Source of the DNA: Takakia lepidozioides
Taxonomy: Eukaryota; Plantae; Bryophyta
Direction of reading: 5' to 3'
DNA length: 64,000 nucleotides
NCBI GenBank assembly: GCA_030704615.1
Contig: CM060731.1
Coordinates: 62,310,001 to 62,374,000, forward strand
The position numbers and the translations under genes are program-made. A model generated the notes under the pieces. It was not told the DNA's origin. It saw nothing but the letters and a program-made list of their open reading frames with translations, and searched no databases. This document shows, in pieces, positions 49,576 through 61,737 of this stretch. Within the stretch, counting starts at the first letter, position 1, and the number at the start of each line of letters is the position of its first letter.

Positions 49576-51830
49576 TTCTGCAGCTTCCCTCTTTCCTTCT
49601 TCACTGACTCTTCTTGTCCTTCAGAGTCTGAGAAGTCTACCATGGGATTATCAGTACTCTTCTGCATTTCCCGTATGGTATCCGCCACTTCCTTGTGCAG
49701 TTCCTTCTCATCTCTCCAAGCCTCATCATCTTCAGGCACATCACTGCCACCTTCATTATCATCAACTTCATCTTCAACTGGAGGTACTATTTTGGCTCTG
49801 CTTCTTGTTACTATCATTGTACTCACTTCCGGTACAATACATGGCCTAACCATGTGGGCTGCCACGACTGGCCCTCATTCCCAGGAGCTCTCATCTCATT
49901 CTGGTGTCTGATCCAGAATGGACAAGCCGCCTTACGATGTCCTGTCTGATTACAATAGTAACACAGTTCTTCTCCATTGGGTCCTCGCCCTTGGTCTGCT
50001 CTGGGATTATTTCTGTAATCCTGATTCCCTGGCTGGTAATTCCCTCTTGGATTACCCTGATAGCCACCCAGGAATGTCCCTGGTAATTCCCTCTTGGATT
50101 ACCTCTCATTTCCATGCCATTGTTATAACCACCTGTCCTACCATAGTGGTCTTGATCATTGTTTCTTGGCTGGGGTTGCACTTGATGCACCCTTACTTGC
50201 CTAGGCTCTTACTGCTGTTCTTCTGTTGTAGTAACAATTCTCTGTAGAATGGTTATCCATTTTACAGATAGTACAGTGTTTCTCCTTCATGTGGCATTCA
50301 GTAGTGGTGTGGCCTTCATTCTGGCATTTTGCACACCAAACACCCTTCCTCCAATGTGTTGCAGCCTCTGTGGCATTTTTTTAAGATTTCTTCTAATCTC
50401 TTCTCATAATTTTCCCTCTTCATCTTTTTCTTTTTACTCTTCTTCTTATGCTCCATCTCCTCTTCTTCTTCCGACTCATCCTCAGAGTCCTCTTCATCTC
50501 TTTTCTCCTTCCTGAGCATTCCCTACTGCTCAATTCTGTTTGTTGTTTCAAATGCCTCCTCCACTGTATTGTGGGGTAACATGTCTACTTTCTTTTGCAA
50601 CTCTGGCCTTAGTCCATTCACAAACCAAGCCTTCTGCAATCCTGGTGCTGGTATAGCAGCCAACTTTTTCATCATCAACTCCATTTTCTCCATATACTCT
50701 TCAACAGTTTCATGCTTCTTCTGCTTCAGCTGTGTTATAACTCCCATACACTTCATCCCCAGTTTTACTGGTCCTGAACCTATTTCGGAACGCTGTACTC
50801 AAGCCATTCCAGGTTAGGAAATGATTATCAGGGAATCTTGCATACCATTCACTGGCTTTCTTTATAAGTGAACATGGAAACAGTCTCATCTTGGCATCAT
50901 CGCCATTCTCATTGTTCACTATACACATGTGCTCAAATTGGCTAATGTGTACATCAGGATCCCCTTTCCCTGAATATATCGGAAAAGGTGGTTTAGCCCG
51001 TGTTGGTTGTAATGCCATCTGCGACCCTACACTCTGCCCCCTGACAGTTATTGGCCTTTTGGCTGATGCTGGTCCTTGCGGACCTGTAGTATTTGTGGTG
51101 GTTCTTCCACCAATTACTCGCCCTGAACCCTTCCTGTTCCTGGCCTTTCTATATTCACAGTATTCCCAGCCTCAGTTGCACTACTTTCCACACTCCCTGT
51201 CCCCCCAGAGCCAGATCCAGGTCTTCCGCCTGATCCCTCTGAGCCGACACCTTCGTTGGCCTGTGATCCAAGTGCTCCACTTGATCCAGGTCCAACGGGT
51301 TGGGATGTCCTGGTTGTAGTCTCAACCTCAGCTGCTGGGTCTACTTCTTCATATTCTTCCTCTTCCAATTTCTTCTCTCTGTTTTCATCCTCCAAGTTCT
51401 GCCCTTGGTTTTCTTCTTCTTCACTCATGTAACTATTTTGTAATAATGTTGGAGAGTTTGAACTCTCCGCTGGTTCTGCATCCTCCTCTTCTGCTCCCGA
51501 AACTGGAGTTCCTGCTCTTGGTGTTCCATGCCAACTCTTATCAAAGATTTCTGCCAAATCTTTTATCCAGGGATGTACCTCAGATCTTCCACCTCGTGGT
51601 TGATCTTCTTCCTCTGCCAAGTCCCTTAATCTTTCTTGCAAAGAAAAAGAAGGTGTGGTATCCAACTCTAGCTCCTCTGGTATAGGTGATGTACTCCCTG
51701 ATCTCAATGGTGTGAGAGGTCCAGATGATTCCCCAATGTCTATTCCTCTCTCCCACAGGTATGGATAATGAGCTTTCAGATAACTTTCTTTTTGCTGAAT
51801 ATCTTTGGAGTCTAGCTTCTCTTTCATCAC
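49542..51830 (-). pseudogene. gag: gag of copy C with long acidic N-terminal region
   Basis: PIYSGKGDPDVHISQFE..AKMRLFPCSL..ASEWY; LKQKKHETVEEY..WFVNGLRPEL. Confidence 0.85.
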
Positions 51831-52424
51831 TCATGTCCCATATCTTTCATTTCTTTTAGTGTGGCAACAACCAAAACTCTCTTCTGTAATATCTCTCGTA
51901 TATGCCTGGGTTTCTTTCAAGCTTCAATGCACCCTTGGCTATACTTGAAGTCTCCGTTACCATATAACCATATGGGCAAACAAGTCTGGAAAGCTGTTCT
52001 TGGTGTGAGTTTGATCCACAAAATATCTTTTGGAATCCAATTCTTTACCAGTACAAGCTCTTCATGCATATGAGTATAAACATTCACTTTTCTTTCCTCC
52101 CAGCCTTCAAACTCTACTTGCTTAATGGATAGCAATGCTATCACATATACCAATGTCGGTAACCAACGTGCTCTTCCTCTACAGGCCACCTGATAAATCT
52201 TTATCACTCATTTCTCCAGACCCCATTCCGGATCAGCATCATGCACTCGCTTAAGAATATTTTCTTTACAACTGTCTGGCAATTCCAAAAACCTCTGAAA
52301 GAATCGTTTGGACAATCTTTCCTTCTCAGTTTCACAAGGAATTTGATTCACATCAAATGCTTTAATTCTCCAACCACCATGATCCCACCAGATGCCTGTC
52401 ACATCTGGTTGTTCATGACCTAGT

Positions 52425-52442
52425 TCCCCAGTATGGTCGCCA
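52425..52442 (-). other. Primer binding site of copy C
   Basis: TGGCGACCATACTGGGGA, 2 nt after LTR end ...GCGACA; resembles the Athila-type TGGCGCCGTTGCCGGGGA. Confidence 0.75.
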
Positions 52443-52444
52443 AA

Positions 52445-53236
52445 TGTCGCGCGGCTTTTACTCACCCATCCCTTCGCTATCCGAGGCGGAAACTCCAAGA
52501 TAGAAGAGTTAGAAATCTCTAAGTACTCAGCCCGCTCAGAACAATCAGTCATGACCTACAGCTAGTGTATCATGGGGGTGTTTCCTATTTGTTTTCCTTC
52601 CCGCATTCATGTTAGCTAGTTACCTTACTGCTGGTAATTAAGTATCAGTTTGCTCCATCAACTCATCCATTCATTCCACAGCTTCACTCAGATCCCTCTA
52701 CACAGTGTGAGTATGAAGTGTGTATCAGATTAATATCTATCAAGTATCAGGCTAAAGTCCTGGAGTCTCTAATCTGCTCTACATTATAATTCTACTGCTT
52801 GCTATCCTTAAACATCAACAGATCCTCCTCCTACTCCGTGCTCTCCATCTTTCTGCTCAGAGATACGCTCTCTCCTCCCTTTCCCCAGTGATGTCCGAAG
52901 TCTCCCCCAAGAAGTGCCCCCCTCTCGTCTCCGCTGCCCGCTTTATCCCTTCCTCCCTGTTCTAACCATTTTCCTTCACTAACCGTCCTCTGTGAATTAC
53001 ATGTTCCCCGGCAGATGTTGTTCCCCACAGTCGTTCCCTGTCATGATAACCGTTCCCTACGACTGTGACAGCTGTGTCAGACTGTGACGGGCTGTGACTG
53101 GTTGTGACGGGCTGTGTATGGCTGTGACGGGCTATCTTAAAAAATTAAGGGTACCCCTCAGAACCCATAGAAGTGTCTAAGTCCCAGACTCCACAGAACC
53201 CATAAAAATGCCTAAGTCCCAGACTGCCTCCTAACA
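52445..53236 (-). repeat. 5' LTR of copy C (792 bp)
   Basis: TGTTAG...GCGACA on the minus strand; homologous to 9341-10469; short duplication near its start. Confidence 0.9.
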
Positions 53237-55850
53237 ACTTTCAAGCAATACAGGCAGGTTGAAGCTGACCAAGAAAGGCACATCCTGGAATTGCAACAAA
53301 CGGTCATGGCCAATAGAAATGAAATCTCGGTCACTAACAAGGCTTGGAAGGAAGCCAATAATCTGCTTGCTGCCTATGCGAATTTGGTTGAACCTCATGC
53401 GAAGCGCATGGAGGCTTTACAACAGCAGTTAGATGTGTACAAACTCAGAGAGGAGCACACTCTCAGAGGAACCACAAGCAACTTGGTGGATAACCACCTT
53501 ATGCAGGTCTGGTTAGCACAAGGCCTAGTGGAGGGCAAAGCACCACGAAAGCTCACCCAAAGCGAGATGAATGAGCTCAGGCTACAAGTGCAAAACATTG
53601 CCACAACTACTATAGACAATGTCTATAGTAGGATAGCGGAGTTACAGGAGGATGTAGATGGCCTGCAGACTCAAGTGGAGGACCTCACTTCAAATATCGA
53701 CAAGAGAGTCTTTGTACCTGAGGAACAGCTAATGGCTTCTTATTTACAAGCCAGAACTTTGGCTTTTCAGTCTTCTTCACAGGAGGTGCAGGAGATGCCA
53801 ATGGTACAAGAGTCAGTGCCACCAACACCACAACAAGTCACTGTGCCAGTAGCTGACCCTATTGTTACTACAGCCACCACAGCCTGAGGTATGGGGCAAT
53901 GCTGCTTTTAACCCACCTAAAACTCCAGCTGCAAGGGAGTACAGTAGGGCTATGATTATGCCCTTCAACCAAATTCCCATTGTGTTGGATTTGGCTTGGA
54001 AAGAATTTAGTCCTCCGCAATCATTGGCACATTACTATCAAATCATGCGCATTTGGCTGCCAGTGGCAACTAGGACTAAAGTTCTTCTGAACAATTGACC
54101 AATTGAGGATCATCACTTTGCACAATACAGGCATGAGGCAGGTACCATGTTGAGGGAATTAATTGTCTTCCAAATTGTACATGGATTCATTTATACCAAG
54201 ACCAAGGAAATAGCAAGTATTGTCATGGGCTGCGGGTTATACTACGCTGCTTGTTTTCTGATACGGTATCACATTGAGCAACACAAGATGCAATCGCGCT
54301 TTCTGAGTTATTCCAGTGGGGATCATTGGGTCTTACCTTCAGTGCCACCTCATATGTACCTATATGAGGCAAAAGTTATGATGCAAAAGGATTCTCAAAT
54401 TCGTTCATGGTTTCAAGCGGCCTGGAACAATTTGTCAACGCAGAAATTCGGCCCTGACGATATTTTCTTTAAGGGACATGAGGCATGGAAATACTTGCAC
54501 AATTCCCAAGTCATTGGTACCCCACTCACCTGGACAGACAAGGAGCTCAGGGTCTTCACCAATTTTACCATTCAGTGTTTACAGCAAGTTTTAAAGTTTA
54601 AACTTCCAGACATGGTAGGACAACATTGTATGCCCCAAAGGATTCCACAAAAAGTTTGCCAGTTAAAACACCTGAGAGGCGATGAGGATTCTGATACAAC
54701 TATTTCTTCAACGGACTCTTTTGACATGGGAGAAGACTATACAATTCAGATGGCAGAGAAGAAGCGACGGGGGTCTCCTATGCCTGAAAGATTACCTCGA
54801 TATCAGCCTCCAGAGGGACTGACATATCCAGGTAGTGTTCAATCATCTCCGTCAACCAGTGACAGACCTAGGGCTCGCACACAGAGTCCTTCACGAGACT
54901 CTCAACGTCAGAAGGGTGCTCACTCACAAAGGTTTGCTAATCCCAAACAGTAAACCGTGAGGACACGGCTTTTTGAGAGGGGAAGGGGTAATGTTAGAGG
55001 ACTGTCTGGGACTTAGACACTTTTACGGGATCTGAGGGGTACCCTTAATTTTTGCACAGACTGAGACCAACAGGAGCCTTAGGGGTGACAGCAGTGCACT
55101 CTAGGGGGGGGTTACACAGCCCGTCACAGCCAACACAGCTCGTCATAGTCCGATACAGCCCGTCACAGCCAACACAGCCAGTCACAGCTTGACACAGATG
55201 TCACGACCATAGGGAACGGATAGTAGGACAGGGAACGACTGTGGGGAACAACATCTGCGAATGGAACATGTTAGTTCACGAGTGACGGTTAGTGAAGGAA
55301 ACGGTTAGAACAACGGGTAGGAAGATAAAGCGAGGAGCGAGGACTGGAAATGGATCACTTCTTGGGGAATCACTGCTGGAAGGAGGGGAAAAAGCACTTC
55401 TTGGGGGACTTCGGACATCACTGGGGGAGAATGAGGCAGAGAGCGTATCTCTGAGCAGAAAGAGGGAGAGCACGGAGTAGGAGGAGGATGATCTGTGATG
55501 CTTAATGAATGCAAGCAGTAGAATTGTAATGTAGAGTAGATTAGAGACTCCTAGGCTTCAGCCTGATACTTGATAGATATTAATCTGATACACACTTCAT
55601 ACTCACACTGTGTAGAGAGATCTGAGTAAAGCTGTGGAATGAATGGATGAGTTGATGGAATCCGATAGATTGCTGAAGCAAACTGATACTTAATTACCAA
55701 CAGTAAGGTAACTAGCTAACATGAATGCGGGAAGGAAAACAAATAGGAAACACCCCCATGATACACTAGCTGTAGGTCATGACTGATTGTTCTGAGCGGG
55801 CTGAGTGCTTAGAGATTTCCAACTCTTCTATCTTGGAGTTCCCGCCTCGG
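53237..55850 (+). mobile_element. Family A copy D, 3' portion: extra-ORF end (53237-54953), PPT, 3' LTR 54992-55850 lacking its last ~30 bp
   Basis: Matches element A from ~7580 to ~10433. Confidence 0.9.
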
Positions 55851-56404
55851 AAGAACGCGAGCGTTTGTTGAAGCTCGCAAAGTACAACATTGCCAAAGCG
55901 AGGAAACGGTATGAAAGGCAGGCGAATCGGAAGCGGAGGGAAGTGAAGTTTGAGGCAGGCACAGAGGTCTGGTTGAACATCAAGAATTTCCGACTACCTC
56001 CGGAAGTGAGTCCGAAGTTCGTACCTCCGTATGCGGGACTTTTTCGCATTCGGAAGGTTATGAATGAGGATGTGTATGAATTGGAGCTGCCGGCAAACAA
56101 CAAGGTGCACCCAGTATTCCATGTCTCCCTTTTGAAGCCTTACTTCAAAGATGAAGCGCGTCCGAATCGGCATCAAGTGTTGCGTCCGCCACCTATGCTG
56201 TTGGATCATGAGAATGAACCTGAGTACGAGGTGGAGGCAATACTTAAGTCGAGGAGGTTTAGGAACCGAGAAACGGAGTATCTCGTCAAATGGAAGGGCT
56301 ATCATCAGGTGGAGGCATCTTGGGTGCGTGCCTCAGAAATGGGAAACGCATCCGAGGCGGTTGCAGCTTTCGAAGGGCGACCTCAAAAGCGGAAGAAACG
56401 TTGA
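55851..56404 (+). pseudogene. Chromovirus integrase C-terminus with chromodomain
   Basis: PKFVPPYAGLFRI..VHPVFHVSLLKPY; EYEVEAILKSR..EYLVKWKGY..SWV; followed by a purine-rich PPT-like tract at ~56425-56437. Confidence 0.9.
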
Positions 56405-57309
56405 TGAGGACATCAACCTTGGAGCGTGGGGGAGGAAATGCATGCTTAGCCCGGCTTAGCTAGCTTAGGAATCCGATTACAAAAACTTGTATTGTACAAA
56501 AATTTGTTATAAAGGAAATGGGTTCCAAATGTTGTGCGTCCTATTTTGTTTGGAATGGTGATGCATGGTATGGTTGGCTAGTGTGTAGAATGCATGCTAG
56601 CTTATAAAAGTGGGAGAGTAAATAAATTGGGTTAATCGTGTTTTACGTAGTGCCGAAATCGGGTGACCCCCATCCAAGGGGCAAGGAAACTTGCGACTTC
56701 TTTGGGAGTTCACGTGCTAGTGCGCACCTGGCGCGTGCGCGTACTATAACTGCGCTACCGAGGGGGTTGCCTTGTAGTGCGGGCTAACGCGGAAGCTACG
56801 TGCTTCCGTTCACGTACTATAATCGTGTAGCCTTGGGACGAAGTCGTAGTGCGGCTTCGGCGTGTTCCCGTACCTCAGGCCAGCATTCCAAGGCGGACCC
56901 AATTGTAGTGATTGGGGGCGCACGGTTGGTTCAAGGTTATCTTCCTAGTCAAAGAGGGTTCCAGGGAACCCTTGCTCAAGGTGATGCCAAAAGCGGCATC
57001 ATGAGCGATCGCAAGCAATGTTGTTGCAGTAAGGCGATTCGATCCTTGGGGAGGATCGTTCCTTGGCCTTGAAGTATGCCAAGAAGAGTGCACTGGGAGG
57101 AGCTTGAGAGACTCCACCCTGCCGGGACTTGGAGGAAGTCGGCCGAACTAGCTAGTGGAGAGTAGAGTCAAGTGTGAGGTTTGGTTCTTTGCCATGGGAC
57201 GCCATGGTGCGGAAACAAACTCCTTGATGTGGGACGCCACAACTTGGATGTTCGTTTCTACAAAACGACAAGTCGATGAGGACATCGACTCCCTGTTGGT
57301 AGGGGTGTG

Positions 57310-58034
57310 TGTCGCGGCCCTTTGCCTTGAGGGCAGGGGGTCGGACACATGAGGGGCTGCCCTTGTGGTGGGGGCAGCGGCAGCGATAGGTATGGGGGGC
57401 TGACAACCCTTGAGTGCCCAAGGCACTCAAGGAGGCGGAGGCACTCACTAGGTGGAACCCCGCACACCGGGTTGCGGTGGGGGTGGCTCCACAAGGGGTG
57501 GTGGTAGCTTAGCGGGACTTAGTGGGGGTGGCATAGGACTCACCATGGGGTGGAGACCTCGGTGGGAGTCGTGGGGAGTCTTGGGACTCATCACGGTCCA
57601 TTGGGGGCCGCGGTGAGTGGGCCAAGACTCACCGCGACTCACCACCGGGAATCGAGGGTCTTCGTGGTGGTTCGCCATAAAATGGCATGGCTGGTTGTGA
57701 AACCCCCGCGGACAGCTACAGAAGTATATATAGGGAGTAGTAAGTACCCGAGAACGGTGCAAGCCCGTTGGTGACCAAAAACTAGTGAGTAAGCGAGTGA
57801 GCCGGAAAGCGACCAAAGAGTGGGGAGCTGTTCCGGACTGCCAACTACCAAAGGGAATTCCCGCTGGTTCCAAAGCGGTGGAGGGTTCTTTGGGAAAACA
57901 AAGGGGGACCGTTATGCCCCGGTGAGCAGCCGAAGCTCCAAGTTGGCCCGGCGGCCAGGTTGGGAGTCAGGCGCGCGCATCAAAGCGAGTAACTATGACT
58001 TGAAGGGGAGCTTACCGAAGTGAGGTGCGCGACA
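57310..58034 (+). repeat. LTR (725 bp), probably a 3' LTR
   Basis: TGTCGCG...CGCGACA 7-bp terminal inverted repeat; preceded by GATGAGGACATC..GGTAGGGG; related to 21340-21959. Confidence 0.75.
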
Positions 58035-58389
58035 TTGCGACCCCCAGACGTTGCAGTTTAGGGGGGTACATTTGAATTTAGGTGAAAAATTTTGAATTTG
58101 AATTTGAAAATTAAATTTCAAAATTTACTTGATCATTGACTCTGGCGTTGACCACTGACTCCGGTGTTGTCCAATGGCAGTTCATACATTGTTAGTTTCA
58201 TATATTAGGCAATGCATACTTGAATCTAGGACCTGCACTTTATAACTTTTCCAAGACACTACACACTAACCAACACATCTACGATACATCTATGTATCAC
58301 AAAAGTAGTCCAAGTATATATATACATATCAAGATTTTTTCCAAGTACCTTATAAGGGGGTTCCTCTTGCGACGTCGGAGAGTTGCAAC

Positions 58390-59179
58390 CAGTGTTGGCC
58401 GGATACCATGTTTTGAGCCATCTTCCGGTCCCGGTTATGGCCTACTCCTTGAAAAAAGTGGATGGCTGGGGCAGGGTATAACAATAGGTTTGAAAAACAT
58501 CTCGGTTACAGGTTCTAATTAAATACATGAATTTTTTCTTGTTCGGTTCTCAATATACCGGTTATGCTATCTTAAAAATTGCCGGTTCCATGGTACCGGT
58601 TATGGGATTCATCCATTTTTATTTTTTTTATATTTTTCTAGCATTTTTGTGTATGTGTGTAAAACTACACAAGAGGGTTGTGGCATGGTGGTAAGCCACT
58701 CATGTATTGGCCTGTGGGTCTCGGGTTCAAAAGTTCAACCCCTACCATCTATCTATCTGCCTTCAGGCTGCCCCTGTAATACTCTAAGTTTATAACCATT
58801 GTTTTAGCCAAATGCTCAACTAATTAATTTCCTATTTACTTGGGATTCTCAATGTTGTGCACCTAATCTCCTCAACCATTGTAAACGTATTGTTACTAGT
58901 AAGACATAATCAAGATATGTCCATATGCAATATCTAACTGCCAATCACCAACCCCATACCTATATTATCTAGAACCGCCTCTACGCCGTGCACATTTCTC
59001 CGGATCCTGCTCCGGGTATAACACCCTTATAATCCCGATGCCGGTTCTCTAGCCGGTTAGGATGCTCGATGGCTTTTGCCGGTTCCTCCCGGGGCTGCAC
59101 TTTCCGGGTATGCATATGTGCATAACCGGCAAATAACCGCCGGGTATGCATGTGCACATGCTATACCCGGCCAACACTG
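58390..59179. mobile_element. Non-autonomous hAT-type element (790 bp)
   Basis: 13-bp TIR CAGTGTTGGCCGG / CCGGCCAACACTG; 8-bp TSD GTTGCAAC at 58382-58389 and 59180-59187; many subterminal CCGGT(T) motifs. Confidence 0.88.
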
Positions 59180-61737
59180 GTTGCAACCTCCACAACCTTA
59201 GTGCCCATCCCCAGCCCAAGCGGGGTCGCCGTTGTTGCAGCCCCAGCGCCGGACGCCCCGAGCGACGTCCTTGCAACGCCCTAGCGACGCCCTAAGCTGG
59301 TTACGACACCCTAAGCTTGCAACTCGAATTCCACATGTCGTCCTTGAACATATTACTTGCTGGCCAATTCTGCCAGTCAACAGGTAAATCATACAAACCA
59401 AGCTCACGAGAAACCAGTGTCTACACAGTAATCTTCCAAGTCAGGTTCATCCGCAGCTTCTGGGTTGGTTCTCACCTCTAGAATCACTATCACCACTTTC
59501 CAATTCCTCATCTGATATGGAATCTTTTTCCAGAACAGGAACCCCAACCATATCTTCCACAGAGCACAACCCCTCACCATCTATGTCTATGAACTCACAT
59601 ATTAATCCGGAAGAGATAGATTGAACGCAACCACTTCCAAAAAATGAGACGAGGTAAAATCCAGATTCAAGCACAATGTCCTAGGTACGTTCAGTGACAG
59701 TCCCATACATCCACAAAGGGTTAGTTGACGATGAGGCAGCTTTTGCCATTGACCGATTAGCACGCAAGACTCTCACAATTTGGCCCAAGACACCCAATTG
59801 TTCGAGAGATTGGCTATACCACTGCACATCGCGATCTTCTACTTGGGAAGATCGTAGAGAGTATGAATGAGGCGTAGGAGAAGGAAGATCGTGCCCAAAA
59901 TCGAAATCATGTGGGTCAGGAACTTCACCCATCATGCGTGTCATCGCCTTCAGCCTCATTGAGGCTAGAAGCACCGGAGGATGAATTGAAATTAGGCCCG
60001 ACACTGTCCTCAACACTGCATTGACAACACTCGGAAAACTAGTGGGATAACCCTCTTTTTTTCGCTCCACCCAACCAAACACTTCAACAGCGTGCCTCCG
60101 CCATTGTACCTGAAATTCACAGGCTTTGGAAAGGAAGGCCAAGCAACGCGCTTAGGGCTCTTCAGGCTTATAAGGTAGTCATCGTTCAGGGTTCCAACCA
60201 ACACAACGATCTGTTCATCTAAGGCTGCACCAATCTCTCTCGCCCAACTTGCGATGATCACAACCTCTTTGGCAAGATGTGCCAGTGTAGGAGGAGGCGC
60301 ATTGACAACCACCATTCTTCCTACTCTCTAATTGCCGTCAAGCAGATGCCCACTGCTTCACACTTACCCTCTCACAAGCTTCTTCCTCCCTCAATGCCTC
60401 GACTCACAAGCTATGTCCCTCGCTCCAGGAACCTAGAATGCAATGCAAATGAGACAACACCTAAAACAGAATAGACGGACAAAACAGTTCGGCGCCTTCA
60501 AGTCATGCATCACACGATCCACAACGGCAACATGCGCAACGTAGAATGACCACCTGCAAACATGCGCTAGGCACAGTGAGCTCGAGAGAAGGAGAATTGC
60601 GATAAACATAACTGAAACCGTGGGAACACTGAGTCGCCAACCCCCTACTGCTTTGATCGAAGGATCTTACCCTAAACCTAACATCTGCCCAATCGCACAC
60701 CTGTTCCAGACAACGGGCGCCTTCTTACAGCTGCCGGAATATGTCCGGAGGCCTGTTTCGGGCCGCACGACCGCTTAGGGGTTAAATGTGTCTTAAGGAG
60801 GCAACAAGTTAATTGTGGTCCATGTTGTCACCCAACGGATCTCCTGAACATACACGACTGCCACAAAAAACTAGAGATCTTGGCTATTGGGGAAGCACAC
60901 TGGACCTGTTTCCAGACAGGATCCCAAGTACCCACAGCCGGAATGATGTTGTTCCAAATTTTCTTCTCCCATAATTTGTGGGAGGGAACCAATCAATGCA
61001 TCAATCGAAAGCGAGTAACCTAGCTTAGATTTTTAGTTGAAGAAAGCCTCAGAGAAAGACCAAGTCCATTCCCCCGGATCAAAGAAAAGCTTTGCCAAAG
61101 GTTTCTTACGGTACCATTGTAGCTTGACTACATTGCTCCAAACGTGGACCGAGACACCAGCCTGAGGAGAAGGGGTTAGGACTAGACTAGCAGTGGAGAC
61201 TGGATCTTCCCAGGAACCGAGCACCATTGACAAGTAGGGAAAGAAATGAATTCGGCACCGGAGGAGTTGCCACGGGACCGGAATTGCATCAACAGGTCCT
61301 CTTGAGGAGGACCTGGCATTTTATATGGAGAATCTTCGTCTGCATTCATCCATGATTATCATCCAGTCCTGCATCATTCATCTTACAGCACAGCCCCTGC
61401 CCTGCAACTGTGTCTGGAGCGCACTGTGCAGCAACCCTCGCTTGAGCAGATCTTTCTTTCGTCAAAGCAATCCTGCGCTGCTTGTGCCGTGCTTGGATTC
61501 TGATCTGCCTTGGAACAATTCAGGGTGAGCTTGGTTGTGAAAAGTTCTAACTAGGTCTGTGCAGTTGCGGAGAATCTAGGGCACGGTTGTGCTTGATCGC
61601 TGTTGTGGACATTTGCGCAAACATTCTTCTGCAGGGGTGGAAGCTGCAGATTTCCTGTTGTTGGTGGAGCTTCAGGGCATTCGAGGCTAGCGGGAGGATT
61701 TTTGAGGCGTAGAAAGGAGAGCCGAACGCACGCAGTA

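Larger units (their letters stand above)
40509..53236 (-). mobile_element. Ty3/Gypsy family A copy C: 5' LTR, PBS, gag-pol, extra ORF; 3'-truncated at ~40509
   Basis: Collinear with element A; its LTR start abuts copy D coding sequence at 53237. Confidence 0.93.

Noticed and set aside
55805-55850. N-terminus of the 199-aa ORF as part of a real gene
   Set aside because: These codons come from the family-A LTR fused by chance to a chromovirus integrase fragment
59447-61233. LINE or gene remnant (e.g. KLFFDPGEWTWS; ORFs 59681-60315)
   Set aside because: Only faint resemblance, no RT or endonuclease motif; cannot be supported without a search
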